A stretch of DNA of 64,000 nucleotides, taken from assembly GCA_029775855.1 (NCBI GenBank), contig JARVJZ010000001.1:64001-128000 (forward strand). Direction: 5' to 3'. Shown here piece after piece: positions 20,020 through 29,953 of the stretch (position 1 is the stretch's first letter; every line of letters starts with the position of its first letter). This DNA is from Nitrososphaeria archaeon. Lineage in GTDB: Archaea > Thermoproteota > Nitrososphaeria > Nitrososphaerales > JAAOZN01. The position numbers were made by a program, and so were the translations under genes. A model generated the notes under the pieces. That model saw nothing but the letters and a program-made list of their open reading frames with translations, did not search any database and was not told the origin of the DNA.

Positions 20020-22648
20020 GTCTTTTCTCCTTTATCCGTCTTAAAACGCTATCGTATAGCGCTTCAAGTAGCGCTTTCTTATCCTCCATGAGAACAACAT
20101 CGCTGTAGCCTAGCAGTATAAGGTCGTGGGTGAATGGAGAAGGTAGATCTGAGGATGGTGCGATAATATATCTTCTTTCACCCAAGTATATTTCACCCAG
20201 AACCTCTTCAGCCGTCTTCACATCCATAACATCTTCAAGCACCTCTCTATATGCTTCCTCTACAACAGGGAAACCCTCCAACTCATCACATAATTTAAAG
20301 AGTATTTGTGAGTTGGTCTGCTGCTTTGCGACAGTTATCTCATGTCCCTTATAGTTGCGTAGAACCATTAAAGATCTGGTAGCACAATGCCTAAACCTCC
20401 TTCTAATAAGCTCCGTATTTCTTATTGATGAGATAAGTAGGCTTCGTAAGTTCTCTTTACCGACTTGCTTCACTAACCAATGTGGATCCACACGCTTACC
20501 CCTAGGTAGTGTTAGCATAAAGCCTGAATCACTTACGGTGAGCATAATGTTAGCTTTGAGGTTGAGTGCGAGTATGTGCGCATACGCTCTTGAAAGTGCA
20601 TCGTTTACTCTTCTTCCGAAGGTTGCGTTGAATATTATATTCTGCCTTCCTTCGTTGTCTAAGTAGTCTTCAACTAAGAGGTTTTTATTGCTCGGCATCT
20701 CTGTTATGCCTAGTGTGGTTAGGAAGTCGTATTCTGCTTTCATGTAGCCTAGAATAGCTTTTGCTGCATTTAGTGTGCATTTGTAATCTTGCATAACCCA
20801 ATTTATAATTTCGTTTTTCGCGACTCTTTCTTTCAGTTTGCGGAACATTTCACCTCTGAATCTACCTATTGCTTCTCCTAGATCGAAGCTGAGTGGCAGC
20901 ATTTCGCTAAACCATGTTGGCACAGTTGGCTTTCCCTCCTTTATTGGTTTGACATATGCTTTTGCGCCTTTTGAATACCTGTATTCATAGAGTCTTCCTC
21001 CTAGTATGAATATGTCTCCTTTTGTAAGACGCTCTAGGAATTCTTCTTCTATTGAGCCTACCCATCTGCCCTCTACTGTGTAGACTTTTATCGCTACTTC
21101 ATCTGGTATTGTTCCTATGTTTGTTGCGTAGATAACCCTTAGAAGTGCCCCTCTTCTACCAAATGTTCCTTCATCTTCATCATACCATATCTTGCCGTAT
21201 ACTCTGAAGTTTTCTAAACTCTTGTATCCGCCGCTTAGATACTTGAGCAGCCTCTTCATTTGGTCTAATGTAAGGTCTCTGTAGCAGTAGCTTCTGGTTA
21301 AGACCTTATACGCCTCATCTATGTGCCACTTCTTTTCTATTGCCATACCAACGATGTGCTGAGCCAAAACATCGAGCGGCGCCTTAGGTATGTAGACTCT
21401 ATCTAGCCTACCCTTTGACGCTTCAGCTGCGAGCACGGCGTCTTCAACTAAATCATCTCGTTCAAGAGGTATTAACACTCCTTCTGAAACTTTGTTTAAT
21501 GCATGCCCAGATCTGCCTATCCGCTGTAAGCATCTGGAGATGGATTTTGGAGAGCCTATCTGCACAACAAGATCTATGCTTCCTATGTCTATCCCCAGCT
21601 CTAAGCTTGTGCTTGTCACTACAGCCCTCATAACACCCTCTTTTAGTTTGTCTTCGACCTCCTTTCTGATTTCTCTTGAGAGGCTGCTGTGGTGAGCGGC
21701 TAATTCATCAGCATCTACAACATTTAGCTTGGAGAGGTGGTATACAACTCTCTCTGTGCCCGACCTAGTGTTTGTAAATATCAGTGTAGTCTTATGCCTT
21801 CTAACCAGATTCTTTATCACCTTATACGTCCTTGAGGTAACATAGTTTGCTGAGGTATGAACTAGGTCAGCTACTGGCAAGTCTACTGTCAGTTTGGTGG
21901 GCTTAACGAACCTTGTATCAGCTATAACGCAGTCTCTTAGGGCGCCGTTTTCAAACCCTACTAGAAACTTAGCTACCTCTTCAAGCGGATGAATAGTGGC
22001 TGATAAACCTATGCGTGTAAAGTTTTCCGTGCAGAGTTCTTGCAGCCTTTCTAGTGATAATGTTAGGTGCACCCCCCGCTTCGAGCTGCATAACTCGTGT
22101 ATCTCATCTACAATAACCCATTTCACAGATCTCAACTTCTCGCGAAATTTTGGGGCACATAAAATTATGGCAAGGCTCTCGGGCGTCGTTATCAATATAT
22201 GTGGAGGCTTCCTAAGCATCTTAGCCCTCTCAGAAGAAGGTGTATCCCCAGTTCTAACAGCTACCCTAATTTCAGGAAGCCCCTTGTCTAATCCCTTTAT
22301 CTTAGCAGCCCTCTGTATGCCCTTTAGTGTTGAGTTAAGGTTCTTTTCTATGTCGTTATTCAGAGATCTGAGTGGCGACACATATATTGCATAGACTGCG
22401 TCCTCTAAGAGTCCTCTCTTTCCCATGCTCAGCAACTCATTGATAATAGATAGAAAGACCGCTAATGTCTTACCTGAGCCTGTAGGTGCTGCAATAAGTG
22501 TATTTTCGTGATTCTGGATAGATCTTATAGCGTAGACTTGGGGTGGTGTTAGAGAGCCGAATGTTGTAAAGAACCAGCTCGAAACTTCAGGCTCAAGAAG
22601 GTTAGCTACTTCAGACTCTGAGATCGCCCTAGCCACAGTGATAGCCAA
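19997..22648 (-). CDS. lhr: Lhr-family ATP-dependent SF2 helicase
   Basis: APTGSGKT, DEIH, SAT, TSLELGIDIG, QRIGRSGH; 883 aa. Confidence 0.93.
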   Translation of the reverse strand: MAITVARAISESEVANLLEPEVSSWFFTTFGSLTPPQVYAIRSIQNHENTLIAAPTGSGKTLAVFLSIINELLSMGKRGLLEDAVYAIYVSPLRSLNNDIEKNLNSTLKGIQRAAKIKGLDKGLPEIRVAVRTGDTPSSERAKMLRKPPHILITTPESLAIILCAPKFREKLRSVKWVIVDEIHELCSSKRGVHLTLSLERLQELCTENFTRIGLSATIHPLEEVAKFLVGFENGALRDCVIADTRFVKPTKLTVDLPVADLVHTSANYVTSRTYKVIKNLVRRHKTTLIFTNTRSGTERVVYHLSKLNVVDADELAAHHSSLSREIRKEVEDKLKEGVMRAVVTSTSLELGIDIGSIDLVVQIGSPKSISRCLQRIGRSGHALNKVSEGVLIPLERDDLVEDAVLAAEASKGRLDRVYIPKAPLDVLAQHIVGMAIEKKWHIDEAYKVLTRSYCYRDLTLDQMKRLLKYLSGGYKSLENFRVYGKIWYDEDEGTFGRRGALLRVIYATNIGTIPDEVAIKVYTVEGRWVGSIEEEFLERLTKGDIFILGGRLYEYRYSKGAKAYVKPIKEGKPTVPTWFSEMLPLSFDLGEAIGRFRGEMFRKLKERVAKNEIINWVMQDYKCTLNAAKAILGYMKAEYDFLTTLGITEMPSNKNLLVEDYLDNEGRQNIIFNATFGRRVNDALSRAYAHILALNLKANIMLTVSDSGFMLTLPRGKRVDPHWLVKQVGKENLRSLLISSIRNTELIRRRFRHCATRSLMVLRNYKGHEITVAKQQTNSQILFKLCDELEGFPVVEEAYREVLEDVMDVKTAEEVLGEIYLGERRYIIAPSSDLPSPFTHDLILLGYSDVVLMEDKKALLEALYDSVLRRIKEKRLEGRARR

Positions 22649-22714
22649 AGTTTCTTCTTCTAAAAGATTAATAGAATCGGCTTCCTAAAAGCATTACAGC
22701 TTTTCAATGAGTTG

Positions 22715-23731
22715 CTACTCATCAACATATCTACTTATACTCTCTTGTATAGGTGAAAGAGGTTTCGCATCGAACCCCTCTTTACATAGATATCCAGCGA
22801 ACTCTGAGGCGAAGCCGTGAAATGTGTAAATCACCTCGGGAGAGCATCTTCGAACAACCTCCATAAGCTCGTTGAAGTCACAGTGGTCACTCATCGGAAG
22901 GGCATAGTCTACACCCATAGCGTATTTGAAACTAGGGTCAGTAGCCCAGCCTGAGAAGGCTACCGTGACTGCGCCATATTTCTTTCTAAGATTGGATATA
23001 AATGCGCTACGCCCACTATACATTGGTGATATAAGCACCCAAGGCTTTCTCTCAAGCATATTCTTTTCTTGAGCTTCTTGATATGTTTTAATCTCTTTAT
23101 CCAACTCTAACCCAAGTTTTACGCAAGTTGAGTTTATTTTTGCAACCAAGCCGTGTTGATATAAAGGCTTCCAAGATGAGAAGATGCTGGTTAAGACTTG
23201 AGCTTTACCAAGCGGGTAGCCCATGAGAATTACGGGTCTGCCATATGAGAACTGCTCGGATATGATCCTATGCGCTCTATCAATTATCTCCTCGGTTGAA
23301 GGGAATCTATATCCTTCTTTACCATATGTGCTCTCGATTATGAGTATCTTACATCTCGGTGTCTCCCCTTCTTGAAGAAATGCTCTACTCCTAAGTGAAA
23401 AGTCTCCAGTATAGTAAATTTCGTCTTTAATAAGCAGGCTTCGTGAGCCAAATATATGTCCAGAATTAAGCATTTTAAGTCCTTCAACCTCAAAGACTGG
23501 GTTTCGAATAACCTTACCACGGATAGCAGCTAAAGAAATCGTCTCCTTAGAAGCTAAGACCTTATGGTGCTCTGATTCAAGAAGATGGTCATAATGCGCA
23601 TGCGATACAAATATCAAAGAATCCTTTCTTGGTTTTGAAGGGTCAAGAGCTAACTTTAGGTCGCCGTATTCAACAAATATGCCTTCGGCTGCTCTGACGC
23701 GTATTTGCTTCAAAGTCAACACCTTAAACAA
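22715..23731 (-). CDS. MBL-fold beta-CASP-like exonuclease
   Basis: SHAHYDH, GHIFGS, YTGD, ESTYG, SGW, SDHCDF. Confidence 0.88.
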   Translation of the reverse strand: MFKVLTLKQIRVRAAEGIFVEYGDLKLALDPSKPRKDSLIFVSHAHYDHLLESEHHKVLASKETISLAAIRGKVIRNPVFEVEGLKMLNSGHIFGSRSLLIKDEIYYTGDFSLRSRAFLQEGETPRCKILIIESTYGKEGYRFPSTEEIIDRAHRIISEQFSYGRPVILMGYPLGKAQVLTSIFSSWKPLYQHGLVAKINSTCVKLGLELDKEIKTYQEAQEKNMLERKPWVLISPMYSGRSAFISNLRKKYGAVTVAFSGWATDPSFKYAMGVDYALPMSDHCDFNELMEVVRRCSPEVIYTFHGFASEFAGYLCKEGFDAKPLSPIQESISRYVDE

Positions 23732-23816
23732 AGAGTTAAGGGTATCGTCCCCTATTTAGGACATACGCTGCCATCAAGCTACATTTAAAAGTCTATGCTA
23801 ACAAAATTAAGTTGAT

Positions 23817-25034
23817 ATGGCTCTAAAACTTGGACTTATAGGTAAAACAAACACAGGCAAGACAACCTTCTTTAACGCAGCAACACTCCTATCTGGAGAA
23901 GTCTCCACATACCCATTCACAACCAAAGCACCGTACAAAGGTACAGCCTCAGCGGTAACCTTATGCGTCCACAAAGAGTTCAGAGTAAAAGATAACCCAG
24001 TAAACTCCAGATGCATAGAAGGATGGAGGCATATACCAATCGACCTAATCGATCTACCCGGCTTAATAAAAGGCGCATCAGCAGGTAAAGGCTTAGGTTT
24101 CCAGTTCCTCAGCCACGCAGCCCAATCTGATGCACTGCTTCACATCGTTGATACTTCTGGAAGCGTGGATGCCGAAGGACGCATAACCGAACCTGGAGTT
24201 GGTGATCCTGTGGCTGATATAGGTGATATAGAGGAAGAGTTAGTTCTATGGTACCTAAGGCTCTTACAAAATAATGCTGACAAGATAGCTCGAAGTGTTA
24301 AGGGTGGAGAGACACTTGAATCAGCCATGAGAGCTGTCTTTAGCGGGATAGGTGTAAAAGAGCATCATGTGAAGATGGCTTTAGAGGAATCTAAGCTCGC
24401 AGGTAAGGACTTTGAAAACTGGTCTGACGAAGAATCTAAGCAGTTCTGCTGGGCGCTTAGAGATATATCTAAACCAACATTAATCGTAGCAAACAAGATG
24501 GATTTAAAGACAGCACCAGAGAACTTTAAGCGCATACAAGAAGCCTACCCAGACTTGATTGTTGTTCCAGCGAGCGCTGAAGCTGAATTGATTTTAAGAA
24601 GGGCAAGCGAAAAAGGTCTTATAGAGTATGTGCCAGGAGAAGAACGCTTCAAGATAATCGACTCCATCAATTTGAACGAAAAGCAAAGATGGGCACTAAA
24701 CTTCATCAAGAAAACAATTCTTGGCCAATTCATGAGAACAGGTGTTCAATTCGCAATAAATGTAGCGGTCTTTAAGCTTCTCCGGATGAACACAGTCTAT
24801 CCTGTTTATGACTACAATAAGTTATCAGATAAGCACGGAAACATCTTACCTGATGTACTACTTATGCCCTCAGGCTCAACTGTAAAGGATTTAGCAAAAA
24901 ATATACATACCGAGCTTGAAAAGGGTCTATTATACGCCATAGACGCTAGGACCGGTCTTAGGCTGCCTGTTGACTACGAGCTCAAAGACCGGGATGTCCT
25001 CTCAATAGTCTCAGCGAGCAGACTAAAGGGTTAG
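23817..25034 (+). CDS. Archaeal YchF/OBG-family NTPase with TGS domain
   Basis: GKTNTGKT, YPFTT, DLPGL, NKMD, C-terminal IHTEL. Confidence 0.88.
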   Translation: MALKLGLIGKTNTGKTTFFNAATLLSGEVSTYPFTTKAPYKGTASAVTLCVHKEFRVKDNPVNSRCIEGWRHIPIDLIDLPGLIKGASAGKGLGFQFLSHAAQSDALLHIVDTSGSVDAEGRITEPGVGDPVADIGDIEEELVLWYLRLLQNNADKIARSVKGGETLESAMRAVFSGIGVKEHHVKMALEESKLAGKDFENWSDEESKQFCWALRDISKPTLIVANKMDLKTAPENFKRIQEAYPDLIVVPASAEAELILRRASEKGLIEYVPGEERFKIIDSINLNEKQRWALNFIKKTILGQFMRTGVQFAINVAVFKLLRMNTVYPVYDYNKLSDKHGNILPDVLLMPSGSTVKDLAKNIHTELEKGLLYAIDARTGLRLPVDYELKDRDVLSIVSASRLKG

Positions 25035-26432
25035 ACGCTTAACTCTTCGCCACTTCACCCCTTGTGGTGTATCTTCAAGCTGTATACCTCGTCTACTTAA
25101 TTCATCGCGTATCTTATCTGCGGTAGCCCAATCTTTTCTTCGTCTAGCTTCTTGTCTTTGCTCAATTAGCGCCTGAAGCTCAGGTTCAAGCCTATCCTCT
25201 TGCGTTGACGGTATAACATTAAATATTGAGTTGAATGTGTTCAAGAAGGCTCTACAATACTCTAAATCGTTCTGTGAAACCTTGCCTTCATCTAACTTCT
25301 TATTTACCTCTTTGACAAATTCAAAGAAGACAGCTAAAGCTGTGGGTGAGTTAAGATCGTTATCCATAGCCTCCTCAAACCTAGCTTTATATTCTTTAAC
25401 CGATTCAACCAACCTATCTTCGTGTGAAATGGGTTTTGCCTCTGTTAACCTTAGACTAAAGTCTTGCAGTCTTCTAACAACAGTTTCGGCTTGAGCCAAA
25501 CCATCAAATGTAAAGTTCAACCTATCTCTATAGTGTGCTGAAAGAAGCAGAAATCTTATAGCAGATGGTGTATATTGTCTAGCCAGCAGTTCTCTTAGCG
25601 TAAAGTAGTTTCCCAGAGACTTAGCCATCTTCTGCCCATTAACCAATAGATGCTCACAGTGAACCCAATATCTGGCAAGAAGTTTTCCTGTGGCTGCTTC
25701 TGATTGAGCAATCTCATTCTCATGATGCGGGAATATGAGGTCTACGCCACCTGAGTGTATGTCAAATGTCTCACCTAGATACTTCATAGACATAGCGGAG
25801 CATTCTATGTGCCATCCTGGTCTGCCCTTTCCCAGCTCAGTAAGCCAGAAGACTTCACCATCTTCTTCGTCCCAACTTTTCCATAAAGCGAAGTCTCTTA
25901 TCTCCTCTTTAGAGTATTCGTCAGCCTTTATCCGTTCAGCTTTAAGCTCACCCTTAATCCCTGAGAGCTTACCGTAATCTTTGAAAGCTGAGACTCGATA
26001 ATAGACTGAGCCCTCGGAGAAGTAGGCTATACCTAAGTCCAGCAGCTTCTTAATCAAAGAAACCATATCAGCTATATGTTCAGTAGCTCTTGGGTATACC
26101 TCAGCTCTTTCTATGCCAAGTGTATCAATATCTTGAAAGTATGCTTGTATATATCTGTCAGTATACTCTCTTAGACTTACTCCCTGTTCTCTTGAAGCCT
26201 TTATCGTCTTATCGTCAACATCGGTTAGATTCTGAACTTGAAAGACCGAATAACCCTTATACTTTAGGTATCGTCTGAGTAGATCTTGGAAGACAAATGT
26301 TCTAAAGTTTCCTATGTGCGCATAGTCATATACGGTTGGGCCGCAAGTGTATATCTTAACTAACCCTTCTTGAAGCGGTTTAAATTCTTCGATTCTTCTA
26401 CCTAGCGTATTGTATAGTCTTAGTGTCATCAC
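25023..26432 (-). CDS. cysS: Cysteine--tRNA ligase
   Basis: CGPTVY, HIGN, GRPGWHIECS, FPHHENE, KMAKS. Confidence 0.97.
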   Translation of the reverse strand: MMTLRLYNTLGRRIEEFKPLQEGLVKIYTCGPTVYDYAHIGNFRTFVFQDLLRRYLKYKGYSVFQVQNLTDVDDKTIKASREQGVSLREYTDRYIQAYFQDIDTLGIERAEVYPRATEHIADMVSLIKKLLDLGIAYFSEGSVYYRVSAFKDYGKLSGIKGELKAERIKADEYSKEEIRDFALWKSWDEEDGEVFWLTELGKGRPGWHIECSAMSMKYLGETFDIHSGGVDLIFPHHENEIAQSEAATGKLLARYWVHCEHLLVNGQKMAKSLGNYFTLRELLARQYTPSAIRFLLLSAHYRDRLNFTFDGLAQAETVVRRLQDFSLRLTEAKPISHEDRLVESVKEYKARFEEAMDNDLNSPTALAVFFEFVKEVNKKLDEGKVSQNDLEYCRAFLNTFNSIFNVIPSTQEDRLEPELQALIEQRQEARRRKDWATADKIRDELSRRGIQLEDTPQGVKWRRVKRLTL

Positions 26433-26462
26433 TTCCAGCCTACGGTAGTAAGAGTTCTCTCC

Positions 26463-26693
26463 TTATTCAATCACCATCATAGTTAGTGTTGAGCGGACAC
26501 CATTTAACCCTCGTATTCTTCTCGATATCACTTCCTTAAGCCTATCCATCGTGGGGAGTTCAACTTTAACCACGATATCATATACTCCGTAGACTTCGTT
26601 AGCCTCAACAACTCCTTCTATGCTGCGCAGCTCCTTTAACAACGCCTTCTCAGACCCAAGCTCAGCATTAATCATAACAAATGCTATTGGCAT
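26463..26693 (-). CDS. Stand-alone Lrp/AsnC ligand-binding (RAM) domain protein
   Basis: 76 aa, VYGVYDIVVKV...IRGLNGVRSTLT; no HTH. Confidence 0.88.
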   Translation of the reverse strand: MPIAFVMINAELGSEKALLKELRSIEGVVEANEVYGVYDIVVKVELPTMDRLKEVISRRIRGLNGVRSTLTMMVIE

Positions 26694-26759
26694 ACCATCA
26701 AATTTATCAACCCAAATATATATCTCTTGCGAAGTAAACTCTTATACCAATTAAGCAGA

Positions 26760-26771
26760 AGAACTTATATA
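26760..26771 (+). promoter_or_regulatory. Putative BRE/TATA promoter of the aromatic amino acid operon
   Basis: Purine-rich stretch followed by CTTATATA about 150 nt upstream of the aspartate kinase ATG. Confidence 0.45.
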
Positions 26772-26808
26772 CCAAATATAAGATACCGCACGCAAGGTGG
26801 AGGGAGAA

Positions 26809-26868
26809 GTGCGAGGCGATCGACTTTACACAGAGCGTGATCACCTTTTCACTAACCACATACTCTAA
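26809..26868 (+). CDS. Putative leader peptide (19 aa) of the aro operon
   Basis: GGAGG RBS then GTG: MRGDRLYTERDHLFTNHIL*. Confidence 0.35.
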   Translation: MRGDRLYTERDHLFTNHIL

Positions 26869-26922
26869 ACCGCCATTTTCCTCCAGCATCAACTCAACCA
26901 CCTTAGAAAAGGAGTGTTCTTT

Positions 26923-28140
26923 ATGGCAGAGGTTATAGTCTTTAAATTCGGAGGCTCTATACTAGACAGCAGCGAGCATATCGAAAAAGCAGCACAAAGG
27001 GTCAAAGCCATCTACTCAAAGGGGTTCGGTGTTATAGTTGTGGTCTCAGCTCTGCGTGGAGTAACTGACTCATTAATCTCGACTGCGCGTAAGGCGAATC
27101 CCCATATTACTCCTGAGATGCTTGATGAAGTTGCATCTATGGGTGAGCGAACGAGCGCTAGGTTGTTTGCTTCTGCGCTTCAAGGTGTTGGATTGGATGC
27201 TGTAGTTGTAGATCCGGATTCTCCTTACTGGCCTATCTTGACTGATTCGAATCATTTAGATGCAAACCCTCTTTACGAAGAAACTAAACATCTCGTTGAA
27301 GAGCGGCTTAAACCCCTCCTTGATGCTGGTAAGGTTCCAGTGGTCTGCGGTTTCGTGGGTAAAACGGTAGATGGAAAGGTCACGACGCTAGGCAGAGGTG
27401 GTAGCGACACTACAGCTGTTCTTCTTGGTAGTATTCTTAGAGCAAAGGAGGTGGTATTGGTTAAAGATGTTGGTAAGGTCTTCTCAAGCGACCCGGACAA
27501 GGTTTCTGACGCTGTGCCTATCACTAGCCTAGATTCAGAAGAGGCGTTGGCCCTTAGTGTAGGTGGCGCAAAGTTTCTACACTACAAGGCGCTGCGCTAT
27601 AAGGTTGATGGTGTGCCTATACACATAGCAAGCTTAGACCCTGAAGATAAGGGCACTGTCATAGATGGTGAATCCCTTTTGAACGTGGATATCGAAGCTC
27701 TTGAAGACCCAGTTACTATGATAACTGTAGTAGGGAACATGAATGGTTCACACAAGGCCATTGGTGAACTACTAGCTAATGTCTACTCTGTGGGCGGCAA
27801 GGTAATCTCTTTAGGTTCTGAACCAAAGTCTATAGTGCTTTATGTGTTAAACGGAAGTAAGGTGCTGGGGCACCTACATTCCTGGGTTGTCTCAACAGGT
27901 TTCGGAAAAGCTGTCAGCAGCTATGATAACCTCACCATGATAACAGTCAAAGCACCAGCCATGGAAACAAGCCCTGGGATGGTTCAGCGTGTCACACAGC
28001 CTCTTGCGAGGCACGGCATAAATGTCTTCGGATTAGTTACAGTGGGCTCTTCAATAAGGGTCTTCATTTCTTTGGCAGATAGAGATAAGGCGCTTGCACT
28101 TCTCCGTGAAGCGTTGATGGTTTCCGTTTCAAAGAGGTGA
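26923..28140 (+). CDS. Aspartate kinase with ACT domains
   Basis: KFGGS, VVSAL, TLGRGGSDTTA; C-terminal ACT repeats. Confidence 0.92.
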   Translation: MAEVIVFKFGGSILDSSEHIEKAAQRVKAIYSKGFGVIVVVSALRGVTDSLISTARKANPHITPEMLDEVASMGERTSARLFASALQGVGLDAVVVDPDSPYWPILTDSNHLDANPLYEETKHLVEERLKPLLDAGKVPVVCGFVGKTVDGKVTTLGRGGSDTTAVLLGSILRAKEVVLVKDVGKVFSSDPDKVSDAVPITSLDSEEALALSVGGAKFLHYKALRYKVDGVPIHIASLDPEDKGTVIDGESLLNVDIEALEDPVTMITVVGNMNGSHKAIGELLANVYSVGGKVISLGSEPKSIVLYVLNGSKVLGHLHSWVVSTGFGKAVSSYDNLTMITVKAPAMETSPGMVQRVTQPLARHGINVFGLVTVGSSIRVFISLADRDKALALLREALMVSVSKR

Positions 28141-28925
28141 GTAATTTGGGTAAGAATCTTAGAATATCTCGGTTGACGAAGAATGGTAAGATGCTCTGCA
28201 TACCTATGGATCACGGCATAAGCATAGGCCCTGTAAAGGGTCTTGACACAATCTACAATACAATTCAGCTGGTAGCTGAGGGAGGAGCATCAGCTATTTT
28301 GATACATAAGGGAATCCTTAAGGCTCTAAGCAGCGCGCCTAATACAGGTATCATTATGCACCTTTCAGCAAGCACCGATATAGGTCCTTCCCCTAACCGT
28401 AAGATGCTTATAGCGGGTGTAGAGGAAGCGATTAGGCTTGGTGCAGATGCGGTCTCGGTTCACATAAACATAGGGTGCAAAGATGAACCAGAGATGCTTC
28501 AAGACTTAGGTCTGGTTGCTGACGAATGCGATAGTTGGGGTATGCCGCTTATCGCTATGATGTATCCGAGAGGTGAAAACATAAAGAATCCCTACGATCC
28601 AGATACCGTGGCGCATGTAGCGAGAATTGGCGCGGAAGCGGGCGCTGATATCGTCAAAACAGTTTATACGGGAAGCTCAGAGACTTTTAGCAAGGTTGTG
28701 CGCGGTTGTCCTGTGCCGGTGGTTATTGCTGGTGGCCCTAAGGTTAGTAGTGATAGGGAGGTGCTGCTTATGGCTAAGGGTGCTTTAGAAGCTGGTGCTA
28801 TGGGTGTGACCTTTGGTAGAAATGTGTTTCAACATTCTGATCCAAGGAGTATAACAAAGGCGCTCAGTAAGGTTGTGTTCGAAGGGTTAGATGTTGATGA
28901 AGCTCTTAAAGTAGTAGGTCAGTAG
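28137..28925 (+). CDS. aroA': 2-amino-3,7-dideoxy-D-threo-hept-6-ulosonate synthase (class I aldolase)
   Basis: PMDHG, MMYPRG, ADIVKT, AGGPK, GRNVFQ; next to DHQ synthase II. Confidence 0.9.
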   Translation: MSNLGKNLRISRLTKNGKMLCIPMDHGISIGPVKGLDTIYNTIQLVAEGGASAILIHKGILKALSSAPNTGIIMHLSASTDIGPSPNRKMLIAGVEEAIRLGADAVSVHINIGCKDEPEMLQDLGLVADECDSWGMPLIAMMYPRGENIKNPYDPDTVAHVARIGAEAGADIVKTVYTGSSETFSKVVRGCPVPVVIAGGPKVSSDREVLLMAKGALEAGAMGVTFGRNVFQHSDPRSITKALSKVVFEGLDVDEALKVVGQ

Positions 28926-28927
28926 AG

Positions 28928-29944
28928 ATGTTCGAAGGCAAAGAAGTTATAGTCGAGCCAAATGTCAATGAGAGCGACATCTCATCCTTTATAGGTGGCG
29001 CTATAACACTTGGGGTAAAGAAGTTCGTCTGCGAACCCGTTGAAGGTGTTGATGCTGAGTTTATTCAGCCTGTAGACATACCTGAGAAGAATGTTGGGGG
29101 TCTTGTGGTTAGAAAGAAGATTGTAGATAAAGCGGATCTGGAAGAGGTCATCTATGCAGCGAGGAGTGGTGCTAAAGCTGTGCTCGTTGAAGCGTCTGAC
29201 TGGAAGATTATACCTTTAGAAAATCTGATAGCTGAGATTCAGTCGAGCGGCTGTAAGATTTATGCTTATGCTTCCTCACCTACTGAGGTTAGGCCTTTAT
29301 TAGGCGTATTGGATCGTGGTGCGGATGGTGTTGTGCTTAAAACTTCGAGTCTTGATGCAGTTAAGCAGACCTTAGATTATCTTAAGGTTGTAGCTTCCGT
29401 GAATCTGGTGGCTGTTGATGTGCTTGAAGTCAGAGAAGCTGGTATGGGTGAAAGGGTTTGTGTTGACACATCGTCTATGCTCTGCTTAGGTGAAGGGCTG
29501 CTGGTTGGTAGCAGATCTAACTTCCTCTTCTTAGTCCATAACGAGTCTCTCGGTTCAAAGTTTACATCCCCAAGACCGTTTAGAGTGAATGCTGGTAGTG
29601 TAAGTAGCTACATACTTACGCCAAATGGTAAAACCAAGTATCTCTCTGAGCTTGAAGCTGGAGATGAAGTCCTTGTGGTAAGTGCTAAAGATGTGCCTAA
29701 AGTCGCTACGGTTGGGCGGGTTAAGATTGAGCGTAGACCACTAATTTTGGTTAAAGCAGCCTTCGGAGAAGAAGTTGGGAGCATACTACTTCAGAACGCT
29801 GAAACCATAGCCTTAGTTGGAGAAGGTGAAAAAATCATACCTGTAACTGAGGTTAAACGCGGAGACCGTATACTTGCCAATGTGGTTGAGGCTAAAGGTC
29901 GGCACTTCGGCTCAGCTGTTGACGAATACATATTAGAGAAGTAG
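28928..29944 (+). CDS. aroB': 3-dehydroquinate synthase II
   Basis: DWKIIPLENLIA, RVCVDT, RPFRVNAG, GRVKIERRP, LQNAET, GRHFG. Confidence 0.95.
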   Translation: MFEGKEVIVEPNVNESDISSFIGGAITLGVKKFVCEPVEGVDAEFIQPVDIPEKNVGGLVVRKKIVDKADLEEVIYAARSGAKAVLVEASDWKIIPLENLIAEIQSSGCKIYAYASSPTEVRPLLGVLDRGADGVVLKTSSLDAVKQTLDYLKVVASVNLVAVDVLEVREAGMGERVCVDTSSMLCLGEGLLVGSRSNFLFLVHNESLGSKFTSPRPFRVNAGSVSSYILTPNGKTKYLSELEAGDEVLVVSAKDVPKVATVGRVKIERRPLILVKAAFGEEVGSILLQNAETIALVGEGEKIIPVTEVKRGDRILANVVEAKGRHFGSAVDEYILEK

Positions 29945-29953
29945 AGTGCAAGC

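Noticed and set aside
26707-26901. 64-aa minus-strand ORF
   Set aside because: It spans the divergent promoter and leader region and has no motif.
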